DNA from: a virus | Length of the DNA stretch: 64,000 nucleotides | IMG/VR virus record: IMGVR_UViG_3300023179_000012 | Direction: 5' to 3' (one strand) | Part shown: piece by piece, positions 53,316-64,000 of the stretch | Position numbering within the stretch: the first letter of the stretch is position 1 | How the letters are laid out: every line of letters begins with the position of its first letter | Position numbers and translations under genes: made by a program | Notes under the pieces: model-generated | Databases searched by the model: none | What the model was told of the DNA's origin: nothing | The model's input: the letters and a program-made list of their open reading frames with translations, nothing else

Positions 53316-54818
53316 ATGAATATTACTATTGGAAGCCTACAATTAACAGACGCAAATGCGCCCAAAGTTACTGTTAAAACCGAATATTATAAAACTGATA
53401 CCGGCGTTATTATTGGTGGTAAAAAAAATATTACAGTATCCGGGGTAGTCTTTTATAAAGACGATGGATCATTAACAGCTTCAAGTGTAATGAAGCAATT
53501 AAAAAATATTAGAGATTTAGTTAGAGGAGAAGGAAAAACCTGTTTGAATGTTAGTATACCGAATGTTTATAGTGGTAATGCTAGAATTGCTAATATTGAT
53601 ATTGAACAGGGGTCTGATCCTACTTGGGTTAATGTTGGTGGTTTTACAATATCAATTGAGGCGCCATTAACTAGAATTCCACCAAATAATTTAGGTATAG
53701 TGGCCGAAGATTATGTAAAATCTTTATCGTTTGCAGAAAATATAAGTCTTGGTGAGGATGCTCATGGGTTTGTCTTAACTACAGATTTAAAACTATCCAA
53801 AGCTTTTGCTCGTTTTAATTTTCAAATGTCTGTTGAGGTTGACCCTATTTGTACAAATGTTAAATCATCAACCCTAATAGAAAGGCTAATTAAAAGACTA
53901 ATTAAAAGATTCCCCTCACATCCTTTGCTCGTCAAGTATCGATCATGGATACCATATTTACAGGACCGTAATTATACTTTTAATAATAATAATTCTGGAT
54001 CATTTAAATCAGATGTGGTGTTATTACACCCTAGTAGGGGCGGATTAAGCGCTTATGTAGATTTAAACTTTAAACATAGTAGAACATATGATGATAATCG
54101 AGAAATTAAAACGATTAGTGGTAATATTAAAGGATTAATTAATGTTCCTTGGGTAGATATTATTTATATTGGTTCAATCTCATCGTTATCTGCTCTTAGC
54201 AGTGCTGAAACTGCTCTAAATTATATAAAATCTAAATTTGTTGATTTGTCATCATGGACCGGTATAGAATACGCATTATTTCAATATGATTGTCCCCCAG
54301 CATCATATAATATTTGTTTGTTACCACCAGACGATAACAGTCAACAAGGATGCTATAAACCTTCTTCTTCCACCATAAGTAGAGCCAGAACAGAAGGATC
54401 AATAGACTTTAGTTTTGAGTGGATTAAAAATATTTGTAATAAAAGCGATCCTAATGTTACAAGTATAGAATATACTGTAGACGATAATTTAGAACAGCCA
54501 AGTATCGCTACTCATGAAATTCCAACTGGTGGAGTTTTATTGCAAGATCTGAATTGCTATACCGCTAGAAAGATTTCTTTTTCTAGTGTGGTATCTTTTC
54601 CCGAAAGTAATTGTTTAGACGAAGCATCTAGACCATTATGTGCTCAACCAAATATTCAAGATATATCTTTAAATAAATATATCTTTCAATATATGCTAGA
54701 TAATAGTTTAGATCCATTAGATTTTATGCTAATATCCCATTCATATAGTAGAAATAATAGAGCAAATACCTTATCTAAAGGATATATTAGTAAGTGTAGA
54801 ACCACTATAAGGACATAA
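53316..54818 (+). CDS. Tail tip/baseplate protein, paralogue A
   Basis: Follows the TMP cluster; shares RIANIDIEQ, ISGNIKGL, CPP..C and IEYTVDD with the next gene. Confidence 0.5.
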   Translation: MNITIGSLQLTDANAPKVTVKTEYYKTDTGVIIGGKKNITVSGVVFYKDDGSLTASSVMKQLKNIRDLVRGEGKTCLNVSIPNVYSGNARIANIDIEQGSDPTWVNVGGFTISIEAPLTRIPPNNLGIVAEDYVKSLSFAENISLGEDAHGFVLTTDLKLSKAFARFNFQMSVEVDPICTNVKSSTLIERLIKRLIKRFPSHPLLVKYRSWIPYLQDRNYTFNNNNSGSFKSDVVLLHPSRGGLSAYVDLNFKHSRTYDDNREIKTISGNIKGLINVPWVDIIYIGSISSLSALSSAETALNYIKSKFVDLSSWTGIEYALFQYDCPPASYNICLLPPDDNSQQGCYKPSSSTISRARTEGSIDFSFEWIKNICNKSDPNVTSIEYTVDDNLEQPSIATHEIPTGGVLLQDLNCYTARKISFSSVVSFPESNCLDEASRPLCAQPNIQDISLNKYIFQYMLDNSLDPLDFMLISHSYSRNNRANTLSKGYISKCRTTIRT

Positions 54819-54824
54819 TAAATT

Positions 54825-56342
54825 ATGAGTAGTAGATTTGATAGTATTATATTAGCTGGTAGATCTCTTAGACCAGCCCCATTTGTTAGTACTACTTATG
54901 AATATGTAAGATATAATAATTATGTAATTGGTGGACTTTTAATTGTCACATTGTCTGGTACTATTGTTGATGAAAATATTATGAGTAAAATTGAAGAGCT
55001 TAATAATCTTCAATATGATGAAAATTGTGCTTCTTTGACAATAGGATGTGCCGACACTGGGGGCAAAGATTTCTTAGATGGTTCTGGCAGAATTAGATCT
55101 ATAGATATTAATCAGAACGACCAACCATTCGTAGCATCATATACTATAGTAGTAGCAATAGAGACAATTAACGGTCAACCAGTGGTCCAACCAGATCCTG
55201 AATTTGCTAAATCTATCAATATACCACCAGAAGCTATTCCTAAGTTTCTTACCTCATATTCTGAAAGTATTACTATTGATGGTTCAGCAGATTTATTATG
55301 TGCTAATGATCAAGGAATGGGAATTTCTAAAGGATATATTAAAGCTAATGGTAGTATAGAGTTAGGTGTTAATAGTAATTTTATATGTGGATACCCTTCT
55401 TATGATCCTATGCCAGTAATAAATAATTTTTTACTATTAAGATCAGCATCAATTATTAACGGATATGGAGACGGCAATCCTCTAATTAATTATAGACTTT
55501 GGAACAAGTTTTTAGATACTAAAAGTTTAGAGATTAAAACAAATGGTAATGTATCATGGCAATTTACAGCATATGTAAAAGAAACTTCCGGCGGAACACC
55601 TTCTGCCTTAGTAACAGTTAACACAACAGATAATCTTGATCAAAAGACTAAAAAAAGAACTAGATCTATTTCTGGTAATATTAAAGGATTATCTTTAGCT
55701 ACAATTGGTGATCATATTGGTCATAAAGCTAATACTAATGAAAGAATTGGTAATGCTCAAAGTGCTTTTGATGCTTTGGATAGAGCCTTTTTACATAAAG
55801 GAGTGTGGCCCGGAGGAGAATATGTTACTCTTACTGCTCCTAAATGTCCTCCGGATCCAAATACTTGCGATACTCAATTTATTCCTCCTATTTGTTATCA
55901 GAGAAACTCTCACACAATCACAAAATCTATGGTTGCTGGAGAAATTACATTTGATATGGATTTTTCAGATATTGATGCTTGTAAATCTAAAGAATATGAA
56001 TTAGAAATTACCATAGATGATACTTTTCCGGCTCATAGATACCAAGAAATTATTATTCCCAATAGGGCTGTTAAAGGTTATCAAGCCTTTCCAAGATCTA
56101 TCATACAAAGAACAGGCGTCACATCTCAAAGCGTTAGAATAACTGTAAGAGCTTCATTAATTGGGTGTGATGCAAAAAAAATGGAAAAAATCATAGAATG
56201 TGCAAAAAATAAATTAAATTTTATCATAGCATCTCAATATAGTTCAATTAATGGATGGATTTATAAATCTCAAACCGTTAACAAAGGCACGTATTCGATT
56301 ACTATAACTCATGAACGTATTAGGTGTAACTATTATGCATAA
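54825..56342 (+). CDS. Tail tip/baseplate protein, paralogue B
   Basis: RIRSIDINQ, ISGNIKGL, CPP...C and LEITIDD are collinear with 53316. Confidence 0.5.
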   Translation: MSSRFDSIILAGRSLRPAPFVSTTYEYVRYNNYVIGGLLIVTLSGTIVDENIMSKIEELNNLQYDENCASLTIGCADTGGKDFLDGSGRIRSIDINQNDQPFVASYTIVVAIETINGQPVVQPDPEFAKSINIPPEAIPKFLTSYSESITIDGSADLLCANDQGMGISKGYIKANGSIELGVNSNFICGYPSYDPMPVINNFLLLRSASIINGYGDGNPLINYRLWNKFLDTKSLEIKTNGNVSWQFTAYVKETSGGTPSALVTVNTTDNLDQKTKKRTRSISGNIKGLSLATIGDHIGHKANTNERIGNAQSAFDALDRAFLHKGVWPGGEYVTLTAPKCPPDPNTCDTQFIPPICYQRNSHTITKSMVAGEITFDMDFSDIDACKSKEYELEITIDDTFPAHRYQEIIIPNRAVKGYQAFPRSIIQRTGVTSQSVRITVRASLIGCDAKKMEKIIECAKNKLNFIIASQYSSINGWIYKSQTVNKGTYSITITHERIRCNYYA

Positions 56343-56344
56343 GG

Positions 56345-58747
56345 ATGTTTATGAGTATAATTAACATAGGAAATAATGGATATATTGAATACTCTGTATC
56401 TAATCCAACTTGCTATGATGCAACAGATGGTTTGATCGATATTACCACTATAATTTTTGATAACTTATATTCTAACTTTATATCATACTCTATAACATGG
56501 GAATCGACTACAGCCCTAGACCCTAATCAGATTAGAGATAATGGCGCTTCGTTAATTAATTTATCCGCTGGTACATATTCTTTTACTATTGTTGGTTCAA
56601 CCACTCTTGGACCATATAACATATTAGTAGAATCACCAGATAAATTTGCTATTAAAAAAATAGATGCATTTAAATATTCATGCGGTGATAATGGTATTAT
56701 TTTTGTTGAAGTAAGCGGAGGAACACCCCCATATACTTTTAATAATAGCGAGCTTTCTGTACAGCAGAACGATACCAGTTACACATTTCATGGTTTATCT
56801 CAAGGCTTTTATACTATTACAGTAACAGACTATAATAGATGTGAAGCAATCAACGATACAGATATTGTCACTGGTATAGAGATCATGGACTCCACTATAT
56901 CTTTAACAAGCGATGAAGTTTTACCACCAGAAATTCTAGACAGCTTTGGATATCTAAAATTATCTGTACAAGGTTTTGGGCCTTTTGGATTTTCTTTTGT
57001 GGGACCATCCAATATAAATTTTGATAAGTTTGATACTTCTAATCTTTTGTCTTATGATCAAACCGATAATATTTATACATATCATTTTATTAATCAATTA
57101 TTACCAGGATCTTACAGCGTAACAATCACAAATAATTTAAATTGTTCCATTACTGAAACTATAGATATTCCAAATCTCTTACCAATTACAACAGCGATAA
57201 ATGTGGTTTCTGATACGCCAAATAATCAATTTCTTGTTCAAAATATGTTACCAATATTTGACACCATTTTTATTCCATATCACCATATTCAACAAAATTC
57301 TGAGACATGGCAAATTATACAACGCATACTAGAAAAAAACAAAATATCTCTTAAGATTGATGGAGTTATTGTTCAACAAATGATTATAAGAAAATTTTTG
57401 TCATCATATTGTATCGATGACACTATAGAAGTTGTGAGACTCGATAATAATAAAGAAAATTGGTATTTTGCTTTTCATATAGGTCCAGGTATTAATTTAT
57501 TAACACAACAAATACCTCAATCTATTTCAATTATTGATATGGAAAATAATACAGAGTATGAGTGTATTCTTGGTTTAGATAGCGATCAAAAAATTAGTAG
57601 TGAAAAACCAAGTTTATTAATAGGATCATCAATTATTACAGGAATTAATAATACATATTTTTCAGGTTCTGATGCTTATATTACAATATCATCATCAACA
57701 CCAACAGGATATAGCGAAGAGGACTCCTATATTAAAGATATAAAAATAGCATCATACTTTAATCTATATAATCTTGGGTTTGTAACAGCTGTATATTTTT
57801 TAGAAAATTTTAATGTGTTAACATCAAATTTAAATATAAATCAAACAGCGTGTTCTATAGATAATAATGATTATCAATATATTCTAAATATAAAAAAGCT
57901 TTTATTAGACATAAATAATATTAATAATTATAATTCTTTATATATTTACAATAAAACACTCAATACCCATAGTGGATCAATCTCGGTGTTTGCTAATGCT
58001 AATCCCACAATAACCAAAGACTTGCAACTTGTTGATAATTCTTATTCTATTGATTTTTTTGCTATTGATAATACCTCAGATAATTTATCTGTTTTTATTA
58101 AAAATAATCAACAACTATCTGGAGAAAATTTACAAAATATTCCTTTTGGTTATATTATAACTAGAATTAAAGATATTAATAATAATATTACCAGATATAT
58201 TTATACTAATAATACTACTATTAGTTATGATAGACATTTTACTGAAGCAAAAAATTTCTTACAAAAATATAATTATAAAATTAAAGATAAATTTCAATAT
58301 GGAGACATATTGTGTTATGTGAGATTATCAACAGACACACAAACAATAGTGCCAGACCTTATACCATCGTCAACAATCATTCAATCAAGTACTACTACAC
58401 AAACTATAACGCCAACACCTACAAATATCACAACATCAACATCTAATAAAACAATAAAACAAAGTGGCGATTCTACTAATACATCAACAATAGTCATTAA
58501 TCTCGTATTGACAGACTGTATATGTTATTTATTAGGTCCTAAAAATTATAAACAAAGATTTATAGGTTCAACAACTTTTGAAAATGTTGTGCCGGGTGTA
58601 TATACAATAATAGGAGATGAGGACTATTTATCTAGTAAGCTACTATATCAACAATCGACCAGAATAATTGTTGATAAAAACCAGATATATGATCTAAGTA
58701 TTAATTTTCAGAGCTATGGCGACAAAACATTTATTAGGACGGTATAA
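56345..58747 (+). CDS. Virion protein with SprB-like Ig repeats, 800 aa
   Basis: SNPTCYDATDGLID...LSAGTYSFTI and CGDNGIIFVEVSGGTPPYTF...LSQGFYTITVTDYNRC match the SprB repeat pattern; Thr-rich linker near the C-terminus. Confidence 0.65.
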   Translation: MFMSIINIGNNGYIEYSVSNPTCYDATDGLIDITTIIFDNLYSNFISYSITWESTTALDPNQIRDNGASLINLSAGTYSFTIVGSTTLGPYNILVESPDKFAIKKIDAFKYSCGDNGIIFVEVSGGTPPYTFNNSELSVQQNDTSYTFHGLSQGFYTITVTDYNRCEAINDTDIVTGIEIMDSTISLTSDEVLPPEILDSFGYLKLSVQGFGPFGFSFVGPSNINFDKFDTSNLLSYDQTDNIYTYHFINQLLPGSYSVTITNNLNCSITETIDIPNLLPITTAINVVSDTPNNQFLVQNMLPIFDTIFIPYHHIQQNSETWQIIQRILEKNKISLKIDGVIVQQMIIRKFLSSYCIDDTIEVVRLDNNKENWYFAFHIGPGINLLTQQIPQSISIIDMENNTEYECILGLDSDQKISSEKPSLLIGSSIITGINNTYFSGSDAYITISSSTPTGYSEEDSYIKDIKIASYFNLYNLGFVTAVYFLENFNVLTSNLNINQTACSIDNNDYQYILNIKKLLLDINNINNYNSLYIYNKTLNTHSGSISVFANANPTITKDLQLVDNSYSIDFFAIDNTSDNLSVFIKNNQQLSGENLQNIPFGYIITRIKDINNNITRYIYTNNTTISYDRHFTEAKNFLQKYNYKIKDKFQYGDILCYVRLSTDTQTIVPDLIPSSTIIQSSTTTQTITPTPTNITTSTSNKTIKQSGDSTNTSTIVINLVLTDCICYLLGPKNYKQRFIGSTTFENVVPGVYTIIGDEDYLSSKLLYQQSTRIIVDKNQIYDLSINFQSYGDKTFIRTV

Positions 58748-61700
58748 TGATTGAAGTTCCAGGACAAACAATATGTACTAATCCATATGCTCAATTTATA
58801 TTGAGAGATCTTAATACTGGAAATGTATATTTTAATGATACCGCAGTTAACTTAATGAGCTTTAATATTCAGTTTGGACTATCAGATAATGGTACAACAA
58901 ATTTAACACTCACTATAACTGGCGACCCTTTATGTGATGGCAATGTGATTGTTTCAGCGCCAGAGTTGGGTGTTCCGGTTATGTTTACTGCAACAAGTGG
59001 CTTTTATTTTGGTGGTATAGTTAATGAAATCACATATAACGAAAGTAATAGTGGTTTTAATTATGTATTAAAAATTATTGATCCTAAAAAATTATTAGAT
59101 AATGTAACAGTTCTTTTAAAGAGCTATTACTGTTCTATTATGGACTGTAATGGTGCTACAGCTAAAAATTTATTACACGCAGCATATTATCTTGAAGGAC
59201 AAGGACCAGGATGCAACAGAGAAGATTTTGAAAATTTTCCAAAAAATAATTGTGCTAACTTTGGAATTTCTGGAACGGAATTTAACGGTTTAACTTTAGG
59301 ACCAAGATCAAACGGCGTTTCTCTATTGAAAATATTCCAGGCTTTACAAAAAAATAATGCTACAATATTTACAACTAATAATAGACCGTTAACGTTTAAT
59401 TTTTCAGAATTGATTACAGCGTTAGACGCTAGGGGAAGATTTAGTAGATCTAGTGCTGATTTTGAATCTTTATCTAGTCTTATAGATCAGGCTGCTAGAG
59501 ACTGTGCCTGTGATTATCTAATAACCTTAGAAGCTGGTGCTGTAGTTAAAGTTTGGCTTATTGATAGATCTTCTGCCGCAGCAAATACTTCGTATGGGTT
59601 AGGCGCCGAAGGCGTGATTCCTTCTCTAATACAAAATCAAAAAATACAAGGACAAAACGTTACCACGTCCAATTTTGGTATAACAGAAGTTTATGAGCCT
59701 TCTAATTTAATTATTATTGGTGATAAAATTCATTATCTAAAAGAAATCGATGTTGATTTTACCGAAAAACAAGTTGATAAATCAAAAATTATGATGTTTT
59801 TTGGATACAAGGCTCCAGACGCTAATAATAATGTGGAGATGATAGCTGTAACACCAGCAGATTTTAAAGAAAATGGTGTGACAATAAATACTCTGCCATT
59901 AAAAGAACTACTTATAGCCTTGGGTGGAGGCAATGCTTTTCCAGAAACATTCAAAATATATGAAGAAGAAATTTTGATGTCAAAAAAGTTGGAAACATGG
60001 GTTTTTTATGGTCAGATGCCGGGGATGAAAGATACTTTATCATATAAATTATTAGATACATTAGGTCTGCTAAATCCTCAAGCAATAGAAGCCGCTATAG
60101 CTGCTTTTGCTGCTGCTGTTAACGAAGCTCCTCCGGGTGCTGGAGCCACACCAGAACAAAAAGCAGACTATAATAATAGATGGAAAATCATATATAATCG
60201 ACTATGTCACGTTTTAATGGCTGACCCTGCTAGAAAAGAAAAATTTGGTATTATGGAGGCGGCATGGAAATGGTTTGATAATTTTATTAATACTTATTAT
60301 GGTAAAGAATACCTAGTCCTATTAGATAATATTTGCATAACACCAAATCCTGTAGCAGCAGATAGAGTTATACCAGGAGCCTTGTCATTTAAGAAATCTG
60401 ATAGTAGTTTTTATGAATTATCTGATGTGCCTGTTGATGCTGGTTATCCTAGTAAAAATCAAATTCAGAATAATATTGTTGGTTTAGATTTTAATAATAA
60501 TAAAGAAACAGTATTATTTCAAGCTAATGATGGAAGATTATCAACCTTTGTGGTTTTTGATATTGCTCAAACTAGTCATATAAAAACTAGAGCTGGACAA
60601 AGGGCTGCTGGTCAAAGACCTCCAGCAAAAATTTGTACTCGTTTAGCGATACAAGATATTCAGTCAAATTCTATTTTTATTAAAAATCTTGCTCTTGGCA
60701 ATCAACAAAATATAAGGCCAAAGGGTACAGCATATCTGAAAACAGGCAATGATCAACAAGTATATTTATTAAATATCAAAGGCAAATACAGAGCATTTGC
60801 AAAATTAACACTAGAGAGTGTTATACAAATGATGCCCGATTTTTGCGCATCGCATCCTAATTGTCAGCCTATTGCTAATCTAAGCGAATGTTTGAAAAAA
60901 TTTATTAGCTCTGGTATTAGAACCTTTGGAATTCTTTTTGGAGATGGTAGATTGGCTGATAGGGCAAATGAGACTGGTAGTACTCTTGTCTCAACACTGA
61001 ATAGTATATTTAATATGAGGCAGCCTGCTGGTGTGTTTGATGATGTTGTTTTACCTATGAAAAGCAATATATACTCATATGGAAGAAACCCAGCTTCATG
61101 TAATAATATTAGAGGGCCATTTTTTGGCAGCAAAGGAATTGTTGGTAAAACCGATCTGAAAGTGATACCAGAATTGAACCCTTGGACATATGGTGGTTAT
61201 GCTGCTATGGAATCTATTGGAACTGCCCTAGCATTGGTTGGATTAAGGGGTTCAAACGTGCAAGAAAAAGGAAGTATGACTGTTGCAGAACCACCCGGAA
61301 GAGCTATTGGATACTATATATCCACATATGGATTATTAATAGATAGTATTAGTGTGGATTATGGTAATAATGGCGTTACATCTAATTATGTGTTTTCTAC
61401 CAGAACTTTAAGATTTGCTAATTATGCAGAAGCATTGGCTGAACAACTAAGAAAAATTAGGGCTTCTAGAGAAGAATCGATCAAGTCTATTAATAAATTT
61501 AAGACAGACACTTTGAATATGATTAATGGGGCTTTCCAAAAGGCTTTTGGTATTAGAATGCAATTGGTACAACCAGGATTATTTACAGAACAAACAACGC
61601 CGGTAGCTTTATTTATTGGTGGCTATTATGATATTAAAACAGAAAACTATACAGGATCTGGCGTTGCTCCAACTGGAGAAAATCCTACTCAAAGAGAGAT

Positions 61701-64000
61701 TAGTTGTGATGAACTATGTAAGGATCCAGAAGAACCAGAAAAGGCCACCGATGGTCATACTACAATTGATAGAATTTTTGATGTTGGTATAGATAAAGCC
61801 CTAGACGGTTCATTACAAATCTCATTTAGTGGAGACACTTATAGAACACAAGTAATAATGTCTGTTGATGGATTATTCAGCCCGGTATCAGTTAGTGGCA
61901 GAGTTGGCGATGATGACACAAGACCACGAGCATCTAGATATTTTACCAGTTGGAATCAGAGTGGAGTGTTTAACAAACCTCGTCCACCAATGCCTCCAAT
62001 TGATGAAGACTCATTACCAATTAATCAAAAATATTTGAATCCAATATTAAGTCGTGCTATACTTGAAACTTGGGATGACAGAAAAGGAAAAACCACTAGG
62101 GGTTGTAATATTAAAATACTGAGTTTTGACAATGAACCAACAGCAATTTTAGATTTAAATGACGAAAGAGAATCGTCTAAAGATTTCGGTTTTTATAGTT
62201 TGAAGGGACCATTGGTACTTCAATCTTGGGGATATGATACCGATGGTAAACCAATGCCAAATGCTGTTGATAGTCCGGACAATACCGAAAAGGGTATTTT
62301 TGCCAAAGAAGGACTTAAAAATAAGTTCATGAACAATTGGTTAAAAAATCCCATGACTTGGCCAGTTGGCCCAATAGATCTTAGATTCGATAGAGAAAGA
62401 GGAGTTTGGGTTTCTCCTGCTCAATCAGAAAGAATTGTTGTGGCACAGCTTGTATGCGATTTAAAAGCCTATGGCTCCGCCAAGGCTGTTTTATTGAACC
62501 CAACAGTTGCTGGTAAAAAGTATTTTGATAATTATGATATTTGGGGTAAAGATGGTGAAAAAATCTTCAATAATTTAAGAAACTATAAAATTACAGTTAA
62601 TGATTATCTTGGAAGATCATTATGTGCCCAGACCAGAATATATGCTGTGCATGTGGATGGCAAATATATAGTGTTAGAAAGTTCTATTGTTAATGACGAG
62701 ACTTGCGCTGGTGTGGCAAGTTCAAACGAGAGTATCGAGGCCGATCATTGCTGTGATTGTGGTAGTAGTAGTTCTAGTAGTAGTTCTAGCAGTAGCAGTA
62801 GTAGTAGTTCTAGTAGCAGTAGTAGTAGTAGCTCTAGTAGTAGCAGTAGCAGCAGTAGTAGTTCTAGTAGTAGCTCTAGTAGTAGCAGTAGTTCTAGTAG
62901 TAGCTCTAGTAGTAGCTCTAGTAGTAGCAGTAGTTCTAGTAGTAGCTCTAGTAGTAGCAGTAGTTCTAGTAGTAGCAGTAGTTCTAGTAGTAGCTCTAGT
63001 AGTAGCAGTAGTAGTTCCAGTAGTAGCTCTAGTAGTAGCAGTAGTTCTAGTAGTAGCTCTAGTAGTAGCAGTAGTAGTTCCAGTAGTAGCTCTAGTAGTA
63101 GCAGTAGTTCTAGTAGTAGCTCTAGCAGTAGCAGTAGTAGTTCCAGTAGCAGTAGTAGTACTAGCTCTAGTAGTAGCAGTAGCAGCAGTAGTAGTTCTAA
63201 TAGTAACAGTAGTATTAGTAGTAGTAGTTCTAGTAGTAGCAGTAGTAGTTCTAATAGTAGCAGTAGTAGTAGTAGTTCTAGTAGCAGTTCTACTAGCAGT
63301 AGTTCTAGTAGTAGTACATCTAGTGACTCTTCTAGTAGCGATTCATCCATTAGTAGTTCAAGCGAAGATTGTTCAATTTGTGTAGTAACTAATGTGAGAT
63401 TAGATCCTTGCAATGGTCTTATTTACGACAGAGTTAAAATTAAGTTACCAGATGATTACTGCAATCCAGAAACTTGCGAAGAAGTTATAATTCCAGTTGA
63501 TACTTGCGGTGAAGATTGTGATATCTCTAGTTCATCAAGTTCTAGTCTTGGTGAGTACGGAGATGTGATTCAAGCTGGTACAACTATAATGATGCCCGAA
63601 TTTATTTTCCCCAATCCCGCTGAACAAGCAGAAATTATAGCAATATTAATAGCTTTAGGTTATACTAATATATTTTATGATCCAGTTACTAACGGTTTCT
63701 ATTTTGTTTCCACTTTTGGTGATCCAGATTGTCAGGTTGTTAGAGAGATTTATATCTCATCTATATTAGAATATATAACAATCACATTCCTTACAGAGTG
63801 CAGTTCTAGTAGCACATCCACATCATCCTCGTCTACTTCTACATCTAGTACTAGCACTAGTTCTAGCAGCACTAGTACTAGTTCAACAAGTACCTCAAGT
63901 ACCTCAACTTCGTCTACTAGTACGAGTAGTACTAGTTCTAGTAGTACTAGCACTAGTTCAACCAGTACGTCTAGCTCATCTACTAGTACCAGTAGTACCA
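58747..64000 (+). CDS. Large tail hub/central tail protein with poly-Ser tracts, >1751 aa, truncated by the right edge (not in ORF track)
   Basis: ATG overlaps the upstream TAA; I read frame 1 from 58747 to 64000 without meeting a stop (MIEVPGQTIC...FYFGGIV...WPVGPIDLRFDRERGVW...DHCCDCGSSSS...). Confidence 0.85.
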   Translation, partial: MIEVPGQTICTNPYAQFILRDLNTGNVYFNDTAVNLMSFNIQFGLSDNGTTNLTLTITGDPLCDGNVIVSAPELGVPVMFTATSGFYFGGIVNEITYNESNSGFNYVLKIIDPKKLLDNVTVLLKSYYCSIMDCNGATAKNLLHAAYYLEGQGPGCNREDFENFPKNNCANFGISGTEFNGLTLGPRSNGVSLLKIFQALQKNNATIFTTNNRPLTFNFSELITALDARGRFSRSSADFESLSSLIDQAARDCACDYLITLEAGAVVKVWLIDRSSAAANTSYGLGAEGVIPSLIQNQKIQGQNVTTSNFGITEVYEPSNLIIIGDKIHYLKEIDVDFTEKQVDKSKIMMFFGYKAPDANNNVEMIAVTPADFKENGVTINTLPLKELLIALGGGNAFPETFKIYEEEILMSKKLETWVFYGQMPGMKDTLSYKLLDTLGLLNPQAIEAAIAAFAAAVNEAPPGAGATPEQKADYNNRWKIIYNRLCHVLMADPARKEKFGIMEAAWKWFDNFINTYYGKEYLVLLDNICITPNPVAADRVIPGALSFKKSDSSFYELSDVPVDAGYPSKNQIQNNIVGLDFNNNKETVLFQANDGRLSTFVVFDIAQTSHIKTRAGQRAAGQRPPAKICTRLAIQDIQSNSIFIKNLALGNQQNIRPKGTAYLKTGNDQQVYLLNIKGKYRAFAKLTLESVIQMMPDFCASHPNCQPIANLSECLKKFISSGIRTFGILFGDGRLADRANETGSTLVSTLNSIFNMRQPAGVFDDVVLPMKSNIYSYGRNPASCNNIRGPFFGSKGIVGKTDLKVIPELNPWTYGGYAAMESIGTALALVGLRGSNVQEKGSMTVAEPPGRAIGYYISTYGLLIDSISVDYGNNGVTSNYVFSTRTLRFANYAEALAEQLRKIRASREESIKSINKFKTDTLNMINGAFQKAFGIRMQLVQPGLFTEQTTPVALFIGGYYDIKTENYTGSGVAPTGENPTQREISCDELCKDPEEPEKATDGHTTIDRIFDVGIDKALDGSLQISFSGDTYRTQVIMSVDGLFSPVSVSGRVGDDDTRPRASRYFTSWNQSGVFNKPRPPMPPIDEDSLPINQKYLNPILSRAILETWDDRKGKTTRGCNIKILSFDNEPTAILDLNDERESSKDFGFYSLKGPLVLQSWGYDTDGKPMPNAVDSPDNTEKGIFAKEGLKNKFMNNWLKNPMTWPVGPIDLRFDRERGVWVSPAQSERIVVAQLVCDLKAYGSAKAVLLNPTVAGKKYFDNYDIWGKDGEKIFNNLRNYKITVNDYLGRSLCAQTRIYAVHVDGKYIVLESSIVNDETCAGVASSNESIEADHCCDCGSSSSSSSSSSSSSSSSSSSSSSSSSSSSSSSSSSSSSSSSSSSSSSSSSSSSSSSSSSSSSSSSSSSSSSSSSSSSSSSSSSSSSSSSSSSSSSSSSSSSSSSSSSSSSSSSSSSSSSSSSSSSSSSSSSSSTSSSSSSSSSSSSNSNSSISSSSSSSSSSSSNSSSSSSSSSSSSTSSSSSSSTSSDSSSSDSSISSSSEDCSICVVTNVRLDPCNGLIYDRVKIKLPDDYCNPETCEEVIIPVDTCGEDCDISSSSSSSLGEYGDVIQAGTTIMMPEFIFPNPAEQAEIIAILIALGYTNIFYDPVTNGFYFVSTFGDPDCQVVREIYISSILEYITITFLTECSSSSTSTSSSSTSTSSTSTSSSSTSTSSTSTSSTSTSSTSTSSTSSSSTSTSSTSTSSSSTSTSST
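62764..63363 (+). repeat. AGT/AGC/TCT low-complexity repeat encoding ~200 nearly pure Ser residues
   Basis: Tandem AGTAGTAGCTCT-type units in the frame of the 58747 ORF. Confidence 0.95.
63802..64000 (+). repeat. Ser/Thr low-complexity tract running off the window
   Basis: SSSSTSTSSSSTSTSSTSTS... in the same frame. Confidence 0.9.

Noticed and set aside
62687-63953. Poly-Val (62687-63385 +) and Leu/Glu (62745-63413 -, 63750-63953 -) ORFs
   Set aside because: Shadow frames of the Ser-codon repeat inside the 58747 ORF; no SD or independent context
5163-64000. Stop-codon reassignment as in some large phages
   Set aside because: Genes tile the region almost without gaps under code 11, including a 15.8-kb ORF, and TAA, TAG and TGA all terminate genes
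1-64000. tRNA, rRNA, integrase, transposase, lysis genes, DGR reverse transcriptase, tail sheath
   Set aside because: No recognisable motif in this window; they may lie elsewhere in the genome

Overview
This window is part of a large tailed dsDNA phage genome. It is siphovirus-like: two tail-tube paralogues, no sheath gene in the window, standard genetic code. It has two parts. (1) 1-4540 is a GC-richer array of small minus-strand genes, including an IHF/HU protein that from recall resembles planctomycete IHF, a tentative host clue. Nearly every gene has its own sigma70-like promoter. The array is punctuated by six copies of a 78-bp element made of two 25-bp palindromes exactly 53 bp apart, flanked by sigma54-like -24/-12 motifs. 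(2) 5163-64000 is an AT-rich plus-strand late region: sigma factor, probable TerS, HNH and ERCC4 nucleases, TerL, portal, protease with a nested scaffold, decoration protein, major capsid protein, a collagen-like fibre, a sulfotransferase/glycosidase/glycosyl- and methyltransferase cluster, neck and tail genes, and tail-tip genes. It also holds a 5274-aa tape measure protein carrying 7-8 enzyme-like domains between repeated GG-bounded linkers, and ends in an open >1750-aa ORF with a ~200-residue poly-Ser tract. The best candidates for undescribed systems are the effector-loaded tape measure polyprotein and the palindrome-pair/sigma54/IHF cassette array. All protein calls come from motif recognition by eye; no database search was run.
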